This document shows positions 1-9,184 of a stretch of 64,000 nucleotides of DNA, piece by piece. The position numbers and the translations under genes are program-made. The first letter of the stretch is position 1. Each line of letters starts with the position of its first letter. Source of the stretch: a virus (Duplodnaviria; Caudoviricetes); IMG/VR virus record IMGVR_UViG_3300020036_008739, positions 1 to 64,000 of that record, one strand, 5' to 3'. The notes beneath the pieces were generated by a model, which ran no database searches, had not been told where the DNA came from, and saw nothing but the letters and a program-made list of their open reading frames with translations.

Positions 1-69
1 ACCTGCAATGGCTCCCAACAGAGAGATTTCAGGCCAAGCGATAATGCACATCAAAAGGAACTCTTTCAT
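1..69 (-). CDS. Partial hydrophobic ORF running off the left edge (MKEFLLMCIIAWPEISLLGAIAG...)
   Basis: ATG at 69 with GGGGG RBS upstream; overlaps the end of the previous gene's region; truncated by the window. Confidence 0.5.
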   Translation of the reverse strand, partial: MKEFLLMCIIAWPEISLLGAIAG

Positions 70-77
70 ACTACCCC

Positions 78-464
78 CTAGAGACCGTGAAGCCTACGGT
101 CAGTTTGTTCGAGATCAAAAGTCTGACCGTAAAAATCCAACAGGTCAAGATAGGGGTTCACATTGAACACGTCATTAAGCTCTTCAAGCAAAGTTGAAAC
201 TTCAGCTTGATTTAGACGCAAACCTTGATGATTTGCCTGAGCCATACTGAGTCTCAAGATCAGATGCAAAGAGTTGCTTGGGGTTACAGATTTCTCAACA
301 TAGTGAGCACTCAACTTCTCGAAACAAGTTAAGCATTTACGACCACCCTCAAGCTTCTGGATAGGCTCAAGCTGGCTACGCTCAAAGTCAGCACCACAAA
401 GACAGAGACCATCACCATTTTGGCTCACATGAATGAGCGTTCCACCAGTACATTTAATCCACAT
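78..464 (-). CDS. Hypothetical protein with N-terminal Cys cluster (possible Zn finger)
   Basis: ORF track 78..482; ATG at 464 preferred. CLCG...CLTC motif. Confidence 0.6.
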   Translation of the reverse strand: MWIKCTGGTLIHVSQNGDGLCLCGADFERSQLEPIQKLEGGRKCLTCFEKLSAHYVEKSVTPSNSLHLILRLSMAQANHQGLRLNQAEVSTLLEELNDVFNVNPYLDLLDFYGQTFDLEQTDRRLHGL

Positions 465-1428
465 GGTTAGCCGCCCTTTCACAAAAGGTTACACTTTCTT
501 CCTCACTTCTAGCAGTGCTCATAAAGTGACGTTCAGAGGAAGGGCAAAAGGTTTCAATATGCTCCCGTGGCTTGTTGAGTGGGTAAGGGTGGATTGATTC
601 AGAAGCAATGTAGGGTCTTGGTTCAAAACCGTAGTCTTCTGGCTTGGTTGCTTTTCGATCAATGGTGGGTGCTACACCCTTATGGTTTAAGATGTACAAA
701 ATACCGTTAGCGACCATCACGTCACGCTCTCGACCCTCAGAAAACTGATACTGCAACTCATAATCAAAATCAAACGCACTGCCAAAACGGCAAGCTTTGA
801 TTCGATCACAAGTTAAGTGAATCATTGAACCAGAATTGATGTTTAAATCAAACGGAGTAAAATGGGTGTCTTTATAGTTGTAGGAGAAAAGGCCACCACA
901 GTGGTTTAAGTAATCACCTTGAGCCACTACACCACCAACACAGCATTTGAATGTCTGACTATCAAAATCGTAGTATTGTGGAGTACGCCATACAGGTACT
1001 TCAGGGAAGTTTTTACGTCCAATAATACCGCTACGATGGCAAATCTCAAACATATAGTGTTTGTACACAATAATGTAATCATGGAAAGCCGAGATAAAGG
1101 CTGGGCAGTAATCCTGCGAGGGATTCCAATGATCCATTTTCACCATTGTTTGTGCTGGAAACAAAGCCGACAGGTGAAAATTAAAGTTGGTTGGGTAAGC
1201 TTTATTTCCGAAAGCGAAGTTTCGAGGGTCATTATTGCACAAAAATCCAATGTCTCGGAGCATTTTCAAGGCCAAAAGGATACGATCATCCTTTGGATTT
1301 TCAGCCAGTTTGACCTCTAGTTCAACGGTTAAATCACGGACAAATGGGTCTTCAATAGTGCGCAAGCGTTGAAAAGACTCACGGGTACGGCGTTTTGATT
1401 GAAACCAATCGTTGATAAACTTAAACAT
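454..1428 (-). CDS. Hypothetical protein (about 324 aa)
   Basis: Long ORF; GGAG RBS places the start at MFKFINDW (1428), overlapping the stop of the upstream ORF. Confidence 0.75.
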   Translation of the reverse strand: MFKFINDWFQSKRRTRESFQRLRTIEDPFVRDLTVELEVKLAENPKDDRILLALKMLRDIGFLCNNDPRNFAFGNKAYPTNFNFHLSALFPAQTMVKMDHWNPSQDYCPAFISAFHDYIIVYKHYMFEICHRSGIIGRKNFPEVPVWRTPQYYDFDSQTFKCCVGGVVAQGDYLNHCGGLFSYNYKDTHFTPFDLNINSGSMIHLTCDRIKACRFGSAFDFDYELQYQFSEGRERDVMVANGILYILNHKGVAPTIDRKATKPEDYGFEPRPYIASESIHPYPLNKPREHIETFCPSSERHFMSTARSEEESVTFCERAANHVD

Positions 1429-1630
1429 CACTACTCTCCTCAAGGGCAACCATACGGTTGTTAAAATCTTCTTCAGTCCGGTAATAAACACGTCCACTAC
1501 CAATATGGACATAGAATACCAGCTTAGGAAGCTCAGTTTTTGCTACACCTGCTGGGCAGGGTGGAACAAAACTCTTTGCGTAAACATTGTGATCGGGGTC
1601 ATCAATGTAACGATAGCGATTCTCAGCCAT
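1421..1630 (-). CDS. Small hypothetical phage protein
   Basis: 69-aa ORF with GAGG RBS, coupled to both neighbours. Confidence 0.7.
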   Translation of the reverse strand: MAENRYRYIDDPDHNVYAKSFVPPCPAGVAKTELPKLVFYVHIGSGRVYYRTEEDFNNRMVALEESSDV

Positions 1631-2420
1631 TTTTTAACACCTCATGGTAGCGCAATTCAATCAAGTGGGTCGCGGAAACAAGCAAACCAGCAAAGGTAAT
1701 CTGGCCACACTCTTTGATAAAGCCAGAGTTAATCAGATCAGCTTTATCCTCATCTGTGAGGCTACAGCAAACTGAGCCAACGAGTTTTGAGGTCAAATAG
1801 CTGACCTGATTGTTGTTGAGGTCATCGAACGCTCGTTTTTGGAGGTAAGATTGGCTAATCTTCCCAACAACACTAGGTGGGAGGTCTATCACTTGGCCTT
1901 TAAGGTGGGTGTAGAAGCTGGACAAGGTTAAATTCTGCTGCAAGTATTTGTTTAGAGGCACAAACACTTTCAGAAGCTTAACATGGCTCATTTCCTGCTG
2001 AGCGGACTCCCAATCATGGACTAAGCCAGTGCTAGTACCATTGTTGTAGAGATAGACGCTATCTTGAGCTACGTTAACCACTTGTTTGTGGTTTTCTTTC
2101 AGGCAGTTGACCGCTCGAACCATCAGTATCTTGGCAACAGAGGGTTCTTGATCAGCAATAAACTGGTTCAAAAGGCAGAAGTAATCAATCTCTGACGTAT
2201 CAATAAGAGCTTCGGTTTCGGCAGATTCTTTGTAAAGAATATGACCGAAAGCTTTGACAAGTTTATCGACTTTATCAAAGGGAAGGTCAGCGTCTTCATT
2301 GGCAAGGCAATGCGAAACCGATTGGTACTGCTTGTAGTCCATAGCATTGGCCAAGCTGCGCTGCGAAACCCCATGATAATGATGAAGTCGATGCAAAAGT
2401 CGATGGGCAAAAGTAGCCAT
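1623..2420 (-). CDS. Putative transcriptional regulator with N-terminal XRE/Cro-like HTH
   Basis: GVSQRSLANAMDYKQYQSVSHCLANEDADLPFDKVDKLVKAF fits the XRE HTH pattern; GGAG RBS; own promoter upstream. Confidence 0.6.
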   Translation of the reverse strand: MATFAHRLLHRLHHYHGVSQRSLANAMDYKQYQSVSHCLANEDADLPFDKVDKLVKAFGHILYKESAETEALIDTSEIDYFCLLNQFIADQEPSVAKILMVRAVNCLKENHKQVVNVAQDSVYLYNNGTSTGLVHDWESAQQEMSHVKLLKVFVPLNKYLQQNLTLSSFYTHLKGQVIDLPPSVVGKISQSYLQKRAFDDLNNNQVSYLTSKLVGSVCCSLTDEDKADLINSGFIKECGQITFAGLLVSATHLIELRYHEVLKNG

Positions 2421-2447
2421 AAAACAATCTCCGTAAGTGGTTTAGAC

Positions 2448-2475
2448 AATATACCATAATTTTTTATTGTTGCAA
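2448..2475 (-). promoter_or_regulatory. Sigma70-like promoter TTGCAA-N16-(TGG)TATATT; -35 sits inside the palindrome TGTTGCAACA
   Basis: Read directly from the sequence; lies between a terminator and the HTH gene. Confidence 0.6.
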
Positions 2476-2478
2476 CAT

Positions 2479-2504
2479 AAAAAAAACCCCTCTTTTCAGA
2501 GGGG
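2479..2504 (-). terminator. Rho-independent terminator CCCCUCU-GAAA-AGAGGGG-U8
   Basis: 7-bp GC stem, GNRA loop, U8 tract, downstream of the primase/GroES operon. Confidence 0.85.
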
Positions 2505-2551
2505 GTGGAGTAAGGGGGAGTAACGTTTCCCCTTACTTTACGTGATATAGC

Positions 2552-2776
2552 CTAAGTGTTCAAGTTAAACACGCCGAACGGGATGTGAATCTCATCCGGT
2601 GCAACAGGGCGAAGGTCATAACACCAACGGCCTAGCTCATGGCTGTAGTAAATCTCTGTCAGCGGCATACCAACCAGCAGCGCATGGCCAGTCGGGAAGC
2701 AAGGGATGCTTTTCAACATTTCTGGAGGGGGAACCCATGTGGGGATTTCACCACCTTCATCAACCAAATCAGTCAT
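2552..2776 (-). CDS. Small hypothetical protein
   Basis: 74-aa ORF with GGAG RBS overlapping the groES stop. Confidence 0.65.
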   Translation of the reverse strand: MTDLVDEGGEIPTWVPPPEMLKSIPCFPTGHALLVGMPLTEIYYSHELGRWCYDLRPVAPDEIHIPFGVFNLNT

Positions 2777-3110
2777 CTTCGTTCTCCAACACTAACTGGC
2801 CAAGAATCTCGCTGTCTTTGATGAACACCAAGTCACCACGAGGGTCTTTCTTTTGGGGGATACGGTGGCCAGCAAATGGAGGGAAGGTCACAGTCAAACC
2901 CACCACCAAACCCAAACGCGAATCCACCAAGGAACCAATGCTTTCAATCACACCGACCATTGGTCGTGGTTTTGTTGGGTTGGTATCCCGATTGACTTCA
3001 GCGATCAGGATACCACCCTTGGTGACTTCCTCAGTATCCTTTGGCTCTTCAACCACGCGGCAGAGGATGTAGATGCCAGCAGCTTGACTGTTTGCGATTT
3101 TAAAACCCAT
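2769..3110 (-). CDS. groES: GroES/Cpn10-family co-chaperonin
   Basis: YILCRVVEE...TKGGILI mobile loop, GVIESIG, VGLTVTF, LVFIKDSEILG are all Cpn10 hallmarks. Confidence 0.85.
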   Translation of the reverse strand: MGFKIANSQAAGIYILCRVVEEPKDTEEVTKGGILIAEVNRDTNPTKPRPMVGVIESIGSLVDSRLGLVVGLTVTFPPFAGHRIPQKKDPRGDLVFIKDSEILGQLVLENEDD

Positions 3111-3122
3111 GATAAAACTCCA

Positions 3123-5774
3123 CTAAATGTTGGCTTTTGCCAGTAAAGGTGATGACTCGCTTGGATTCGCCACCGAAGTTGTTGCGTGCAACCCCCAATA
3201 TCGGGAATTTACACGGAGAATCCTTGGTGTTTTGCCTTGATCACGAAGAGCAGGAATATCCAAGGAATCTCCCAATTCATCAATACGCTCACGGAAAGCC
3301 AAGATGGGCATCCGCTCACGAGTACCGAGAAATTCAGAGGCATACATAATGAAGCTCTGGTACAAGTCTCGTTCTTCGATCCAACAGGCATCATTATACT
3401 CAATATCTGAACTTTCCTGCAAGAACAAACGCAGTGGGTTATTGTGTGCTCTTAGATCACGCATCACCTTGGTGTGAGATGTAGGCTCTACCAAGTGTTT
3501 GGCATCTACCAACTCGGACAAGCAGTCCATAGCCCAAGCAACAATAGCCTCACGCTCTTGGCTGATGATCTTGTTTTCTAAGTCAGGGATCACCTCATGC
3601 TGAGGCACAATCCGGCGAAACTCGAAAACCAACCAGCGACGGTTAAAGCCGTCAGAGGTGTCTGATGTCTTAGGCAAGAAGTTGGAAGCTGCCCATTGTG
3701 CTGCATACGAATGGAAGATGAAAGGCTCGCCGTAAAGGTGACGTACTGAGATTGGGGAACCATCCACAATCTCTTTGAAGACACTGCCCTCAATGCGGTA
3801 TTTCTCAGAGATTTCACCAATGATGTTGATCAGTTTGTTGTGCATACCAACCAATTGGAAGTTGTCCTTCCATTGGTTGGGGCTAACCGCTGCTTTTGCG
3901 TCATCGCAGAACAAAGAAGCAATGATTTTCAACAGCACTGATTTACCCGTACTTGGACGGCCATACAGCAAGAAGGCTTTTTGGAAGCGAGTTGCAAAAC
4001 CCATCAGACTACAACAAATGGCTTGCTGCAAGGCTTTGACCTTGATTTTAAACTCCTCAGCACCCTCATGACCCCAGCAAGAGTACAGGTAGTTTTTGAA
4101 CATCGGCATCTTATCAGCCAGATCAGGGCGATAAGAATAAGGCAACACATAAGTACAACCGAAGTCAGGGTGATGGGGCAACAATACACCACCGCTGGTT
4201 AAGAAACCATTGTTGAAGTTGACACCCACCCGAATATCACGTTTCAAGCGTTTGGGGCAGAAAATGATGAACTGGGCTGTGATCCCTGTAATATCCCCAC
4301 GTTTACGGGTGATGTCCAAACCTTGGAAATTACGAGAGATGTACTCTTCAATTTCCGAACGTTTAAATTCTTCCCAGTAGGAACCCATCCACTTGTAAAC
4401 ACGCCCAGTTTCATCACTGCGGATAGGGTCGGTGTTTTTGGGGAACAGCTTAACCATACGCGCCAAGGCAGCCGTAGCCACACTGGTATGGTCTTCAAGT
4501 AGGGTTTTCTCCCCATTTTCACCACGAGTTTCTTTACGGTCGTTGACTCGACGCTCTTTGACGTAGGAGTTTAAGTCTGCCAAGGTGAATTGTTTTTCGC
4601 TGCCAGAAGCCATATCACGCAGATAGGTTTTCTCTTGCAATTCATCAACGGTACTTTTTAAGGCAATCGCTTCAAGTGCTGCCCGAATAGAATCCACCAT
4701 TGATTTCCCAGCTTCAAGTGAAGCTGAAAATTCAGCCATAATATCTTCGTAAGTTTTCTCGACCTGATCTTTGCGCAGGGTTAAGCCTAGCTTTTCCTTA
4801 GCAACATCATCCAAACCTTTATCCCAACCCAAAGGCAATGGGCGTTTGTTCACTTCAACGTCATTCAGAAGAAAGCCGATAAAGTTGCTGATGTGTTTAT
4901 CCATGTCCATGAGGTCTCCTTCGACCTGCTGAACAAAAGTCTCATTTACTGAGTGAAGGATACCAATCGCTTCTTTTACCGTGATTTCAGACCGCCGTAC
5001 TGCAAAAGCCAACAGTCCAGCCCGTTCGGTTAATTTGCTGTCGCGTACACCTGCTGGAAGTACGTCTGTAATCTTGCCATAACCTTTCATGGAAAGGTCA
5101 TAGCCTAAATCTTCAAGACCTTTCCGCAATTGATCTTCGACATTGTAAGGAAGCTCGGTAAGCTGATCCAAAACATCAATCAAATTGGCGTTGGCTACAT
5201 AAGGCTTGAGGGTTTTCGGGTGAATAGAGGGAGGCAATACGATTTGACAACCAGCACCATCTTTATCATCAGACAAAAAGTCCATGATACTACCGATGGC
5301 ATTGCACTGAATACGGAAGCTGCGGAGGTTGCTATACTTATAAGCCAGTGCAAAACCTTTTTGACCGATACGTTTCCAAGGAGACGGGGGAAGAATGCGA
5401 TCAAAAAGAGCAAGGATTTCTGGCTCATCAGTATCAATATCAACAATACAGATGCCAGAAACTTTACCTGTGACAAGACCCATGTTGTTCTTGTACTTGC
5501 TAGGCTTCAACCAGTAACGTTTGGTTGATGCCGGAACAGGTGTATGGCCAAAGCTAGACCAACCGTCGAACACTGGGCGCTTGTCCATCTCACGCAGAGG
5601 AATGACGGGTAAGTCCTTCTCCAGATAGGGGGGCGCGTATTTCCGGTAAACATCTGTGTCAAACTCACACACAGGCTTACTCATCTCATCTTTGACAACT
5701 TCCTCAAGGTTTTTCTTACCAACAGTGCCAACTACACTGTCTAAATCATCAAGACTAAAACCAGCCATTGTCAA
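3123..5774 (-). CDS. Bifunctional DNA primase/polymerase fused to D5/P4-type SF3 helicase
   Basis: Prim-Pol motifs PVIPL...KRP, NMGLVTG...ICIVDIDTD; PriCT-like GVRDSKLT; Walker A LYGRPSTGKS; SF3 motifs in the C-terminal half. Confidence 0.9.
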   Translation of the reverse strand: MTMAGFSLDDLDSVVGTVGKKNLEEVVKDEMSKPVCEFDTDVYRKYAPPYLEKDLPVIPLREMDKRPVFDGWSSFGHTPVPASTKRYWLKPSKYKNNMGLVTGKVSGICIVDIDTDEPEILALFDRILPPSPWKRIGQKGFALAYKYSNLRSFRIQCNAIGSIMDFLSDDKDGAGCQIVLPPSIHPKTLKPYVANANLIDVLDQLTELPYNVEDQLRKGLEDLGYDLSMKGYGKITDVLPAGVRDSKLTERAGLLAFAVRRSEITVKEAIGILHSVNETFVQQVEGDLMDMDKHISNFIGFLLNDVEVNKRPLPLGWDKGLDDVAKEKLGLTLRKDQVEKTYEDIMAEFSASLEAGKSMVDSIRAALEAIALKSTVDELQEKTYLRDMASGSEKQFTLADLNSYVKERRVNDRKETRGENGEKTLLEDHTSVATAALARMVKLFPKNTDPIRSDETGRVYKWMGSYWEEFKRSEIEEYISRNFQGLDITRKRGDITGITAQFIIFCPKRLKRDIRVGVNFNNGFLTSGGVLLPHHPDFGCTYVLPYSYRPDLADKMPMFKNYLYSCWGHEGAEEFKIKVKALQQAICCSLMGFATRFQKAFLLYGRPSTGKSVLLKIIASLFCDDAKAAVSPNQWKDNFQLVGMHNKLINIIGEISEKYRIEGSVFKEIVDGSPISVRHLYGEPFIFHSYAAQWAASNFLPKTSDTSDGFNRRWLVFEFRRIVPQHEVIPDLENKIISQEREAIVAWAMDCLSELVDAKHLVEPTSHTKVMRDLRAHNNPLRLFLQESSDIEYNDACWIEERDLYQSFIMYASEFLGTRERMPILAFRERIDELGDSLDIPALRDQGKTPRILRVNSRYWGLHATTSVANPSESSPLLAKANI

Positions 5775-5779
5775 TCTCC

Positions 5780-6280
5780 TTAAACTGCATTACTGCAATA
5801 AGCCATAAGTTTGTCGAAAAGATCAGGGGTTGTGTTCTCTCGCAAGAAGTCAGTGACTCCAGATACGAAGTTTTGAGCCTCGATTAAAGGCGTGAGAACA
5901 TCCAAGGCTTTCTGACGCTTCTCTAAGTAATCAGCTTTAAGCTTGACCCCTTGAGCACGAGTATCCACGTTAGCAATCAATTGGTCAATAGATTGCTCCA
6001 AATTAATCCACTCCTCAAAGATGTTGCTTGGATTCTTCAATTCTTCCTCTGTTCGTTTCCTCGACGAAACAATAAGGTCTTCACCAACAAGTTGAAGGGA
6101 CATCTGCTGAATGCGACTTGAGTATGGGCTATCTTCAATGTACTTGCGAAAGTCTCCCGACTCTAAGCCATTCTGAACCATCTTCAAGATCACAGCTAAA
6201 GCTTGACCATTGATTTGAGGGTATTTGCCAACGTTAACGGTTGAGGGTTGTTCCTCACCCTGTAAAGGCTTGATAGCCAT
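5780..6280 (-). CDS. Helical/coiled-coil hypothetical protein; possible terminase small subunit
   Basis: 166 aa, GGAG RBS, predicted helical C-terminal half. The TerS assignment is inference from size and position only. Confidence 0.35.
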   Translation of the reverse strand: MAIKPLQGEEQPSTVNVGKYPQINGQALAVILKMVQNGLESGDFRKYIEDSPYSSRIQQMSLQLVGEDLIVSSRKRTEEELKNPSNIFEEWINLEQSIDQLIANVDTRAQGVKLKADYLEKRQKALDVLTPLIEAQNFVSGVTDFLRENTTPDLFDKLMAYCSNAV

Positions 6281-6350
6281 GTTGCTTTCTCCAAAGGAAG
6301 GGGGGTGTCCTCAGCTTAAGGCCAACGTGGATCGACCAGCAAGGTTTTTC

Positions 6351-6504
6351 AATATACTTAATTATTGCTCTCTTTTCCACAAAACAGACAAGAATTAAGT
6401 ATATTTGGCTTTTACTTTTGAACTCCAAAGGAGAAAAATGTATCTATAGGAATATAAAAGAATAAGTAAGAAAGCCAAAAAGTTTCGCCAAAATATACTT
6501 AATT
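6351..6504. repeat. Three copies of AATATACTTAATT (6351-6363 +, 6393-6405 -, 6492-6504 +) in the AT-rich divergent intergenic region
   Basis: Direct sequence match; flanked by partial inverted repeats (TTTGGCTTTTACTT / AAGTAAGAAAGCCAAA). Confidence 0.85.
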
Positions 6505-6514
6505 ATGGTACATT
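6485..6514 (+). promoter_or_regulatory. Candidate promoter for the structural arm, TCGCCA-N18-(TGG)TACATT
   Basis: Extended -10 TGn motif, about 30 nt upstream of the ORF at 6546. Confidence 0.45.
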
Positions 6515-6545
6515 TTGGGGGACGAACGGTAATCGGAAACCAATC

Positions 6546-7442
6546 ATGGCCAGACCAATTCAGCGACCAAAAGACACAAATTTGATTTGTAATCAACCAA
6601 GTGAGCTTTTCCACTACTTGCGGTTAAGCCCGTTCTACCACCGAGGGCTTGAAATTCTGGGTGTAAACGACCACCACTACTCTTGCAAGGGCAAGAACAT
6701 GTACGTCAGCTACACTCAAGCACAAGCTTTGAGCAAGCTGATCAACAAACGTATTGAGGTTTTGTTCCCCAATGGCTTCTATGACCACACCAAGTATCCT
6801 GATAAGCTGGACGATGACCCTTTAATGGCTATGATGTCAGCTATATGTGCTGACTTAGAAATAGAAGATGTGAGCCGGAGACGGCCTGATCTTTTCCGCA
6901 AGCATTGTTTAGAAGCTGTCGATGAGTACACCTTTTATCAAGCGTGTTTCAATGTCAAAGTCGATCAGATGACCCACCATCAATTTAGGGCATATCAACT
7001 CGAAGGCAAAGAAAACGCGGTACTGCAAAACATACTTTATCTTGGCCTAGACCAGAACAAGCTGTCCGCTGATATGGGGCGTGGCAAGCGTTGGCGCAGC
7101 AACCTCAACCAGTACCAGATTGTGTCCTTCCACGAGGCTATGGCTATCTATAAGGGCATTAGGAAGCAGTCTGAGGTATCCTTGGCGATGCTATTCCCCT
7201 CTGGCTTTTCGGATCAGCCGGAGTTTGATTTTGACACTCACCTCGGCAACATTTGCTGTAGCTTTGGAACCGCTAACAACCCAAGCAAACACTATATTTG
7301 CAAGGATGCCACAATCAAAGTAAAAAACTGGTCGGAGATCATTGACCAAGGCTACCAGTATCACTATCCCGTGGTGGAGGCTTTAGAATCCTATGCTAGA
7401 ATAAATCAAATCCCTTTTGACTTCTTTGTAGAGGCACTGTAA
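6546..7442 (+). CDS. Hypothetical protein with internal XRE-like HTH; first gene of the late arm
   Basis: LGLDQNKLSADMGRGKRWRSNLNQYQIVSFHEAMAIY resembles an HTH; stop overlaps the terL start (TAATG). Confidence 0.5.
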   Translation: MARPIQRPKDTNLICNQPSELFHYLRLSPFYHRGLEILGVNDHHYSCKGKNMYVSYTQAQALSKLINKRIEVLFPNGFYDHTKYPDKLDDDPLMAMMSAICADLEIEDVSRRRPDLFRKHCLEAVDEYTFYQACFNVKVDQMTHHQFRAYQLEGKENAVLQNILYLGLDQNKLSADMGRGKRWRSNLNQYQIVSFHEAMAIYKGIRKQSEVSLAMLFPSGFSDQPEFDFDTHLGNICCSFGTANNPSKHYICKDATIKVKNWSEIIDQGYQYHYPVVEALESYARINQIPFDFFVEAL

Positions 7443-9184
7443 TGACTCAATTTCACAAGGCTCTCTACGACCAACTGCTAGAGCTTCAAGATCAGATTTA
7501 TAACCCAACACCAAACCATAGTTGGGTGTTGAAGCATTCTCGAATCCGAGGAAAGCGGATCAGTTTTAAGGGCAGATTTTTCCAGCAGCAAATTTTGGAC
7601 GATATGCACGACAACTTATGCTGCATTAAAATCTCTCAGATCGGCTTGACAGAAATTCAAATTCAAAAAGCTCTGATGTTCTGTGTTCGCAACCCACACC
7701 GAAAGCTGATCTTTAGTTTGCCCGATCAAGATATGCGAGATCGTATTGTTCAAACACGGGTATACCCCTTGATTGAAACCATCAAGGTCTTCAGAGATGC
7801 CAATCAGGGGCGTGTTCGTTCACTAGGTAACATTGGTTTCAACAACTCCTTCTTGATGTTTTTGCCAGCTATTGAAAAAGCTGCAACATCTCAAGATGCT
7901 GACTTCACCATGAATGACGAAGTGGATTTGTCAGATCAAGCAATGCTGGCTTTGTTTAACTCTCGTTTGCAAGGTTCAGACCTACGGATTAACCAACGCT
8001 TCAGCACACCGACATTCACTGGCTTTGGTATAGATGCTGACTTCAATCTATCAGATCAACATCTGTTTCTCTATAAGTGTCACAAGTGCAACCATTGGCA
8101 GGATTTAGAATTTAATCGAAAACATGTCCATATTCCAAACCTACCAGATGGGGTTGCTGATCTAGTTTTGGAAATGGATCAAACTATGATCGACAATTAC
8201 AAGCTTGATTTTTCCAAAGCTTATTACCATTGCAGCAAATGCAAAGCTCCAGTTGATTTAACTCGCCCTGAGTTGCGTAATTGGGTAGCTAAACACCCAT
8301 CAAGAGCACACCATCGAGGGTATAAAGTTAGCCTATTTTCTGTAGATAACTTGCCGCCTAGCTATGTGTTTAAACAACTACTGAAGTACAAAAAAGATAA
8401 CTATATCCGTGGCTTCTATAACACCGTTTTGGGGCAAGCTTATACTGGCGGTGATTCTAAGATTACCGAGGATGAGATCAAATCTCTCTTTGGAAGCAGC
8501 ATTACCTTACCATACAACCCAGCCTTTGTTTACACCATTGGCGTGGATATGGGTCAAATTTGTCACATTACTATTGCAGGTTCAGACTTTGAGAATGATC
8601 CATTTACAGCTTTGCACGAACAATGCCCTGTAAGTCATATTGAGTATCGAGTAAAGGAGTTATGCGAGGAGTATCGTGTTGTTTTAGGGTTAACAGACAG
8701 ACACCCATACGAACCAACTTCAACCGCAATTATGCACATGACTCAAGGAGTTGTTATCCCCTGCGAGTATAGCGGCAGTGCTCGGTTCCGAGAATCAAGA
8801 AACCAAGTTGATGGTAGTTTAAGCCACGTCACCGTCAACAGAACACTTCAGTTAGATTTGGTCTCTACCCGTATTAAAAAGAGAACAATAACCTTGAATG
8901 GTTATAATCAGTTTGAAGGAACCTTGGTAGAGCATCTACAAGACTTAATTCGTATTGAGAGTCCCGATAAACAACCTGTTTGGGAAAAGATCACTGGCCA
9001 TGATCACTTCTTTCATTCAGCAGGTTACGCTTTGCAAGCAATGGAGCAATACGCCTTGGGTTTTGAATCTGTTGAGAGTTCTCCTAGCGTTTTATTGATG
9101 CTGCCTGTACAATCTGAAATTAGTAGACCAAAACTATTAGGGGGGCTTAAAGATGGCTCTAGCACCTTCAAAATCCGCCGCTAA
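7442..9184 (+). CDS. terL: Terminase large subunit (GpA-like)
   Basis: Walker A-like IKISQIGLTE, Walker B TMNDEVD, Cys cluster CHKC/CSKC, nuclease TIGVDMG and GHDHFFHS. Confidence 0.9.
   Translation: MTQFHKALYDQLLELQDQIYNPTPNHSWVLKHSRIRGKRISFKGRFFQQQILDDMHDNLCCIKISQIGLTEIQIQKALMFCVRNPHRKLIFSLPDQDMRDRIVQTRVYPLIETIKVFRDANQGRVRSLGNIGFNNSFLMFLPAIEKAATSQDADFTMNDEVDLSDQAMLALFNSRLQGSDLRINQRFSTPTFTGFGIDADFNLSDQHLFLYKCHKCNHWQDLEFNRKHVHIPNLPDGVADLVLEMDQTMIDNYKLDFSKAYYHCSKCKAPVDLTRPELRNWVAKHPSRAHHRGYKVSLFSVDNLPPSYVFKQLLKYKKDNYIRGFYNTVLGQAYTGGDSKITEDEIKSLFGSSITLPYNPAFVYTIGVDMGQICHITIAGSDFENDPFTALHEQCPVSHIEYRVKELCEEYRVVLGLTDRHPYEPTSTAIMHMTQGVVIPCEYSGSARFRESRNQVDGSLSHVTVNRTLQLDLVSTRIKKRTITLNGYNQFEGTLVEHLQDLIRIESPDKQPVWEKITGHDHFFHSAGYALQAMEQYALGFESVESSPSVLLMLPVQSEISRPKLLGGLKDGSSTFKIRR

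Noticed and set aside
1623-7442. Lysogeny switch (cI/cro) suggested by HTH genes near a divergent region
   Set aside because: No integrase, partition genes or S24 peptidase repressor domain in the window; cannot be excluded for sequence outside it.
8070-8240. Cys cluster in terL as a novel insertion
   Set aside because: Zn-finger-like CxxC pairs are normal in GpA-type terminases.
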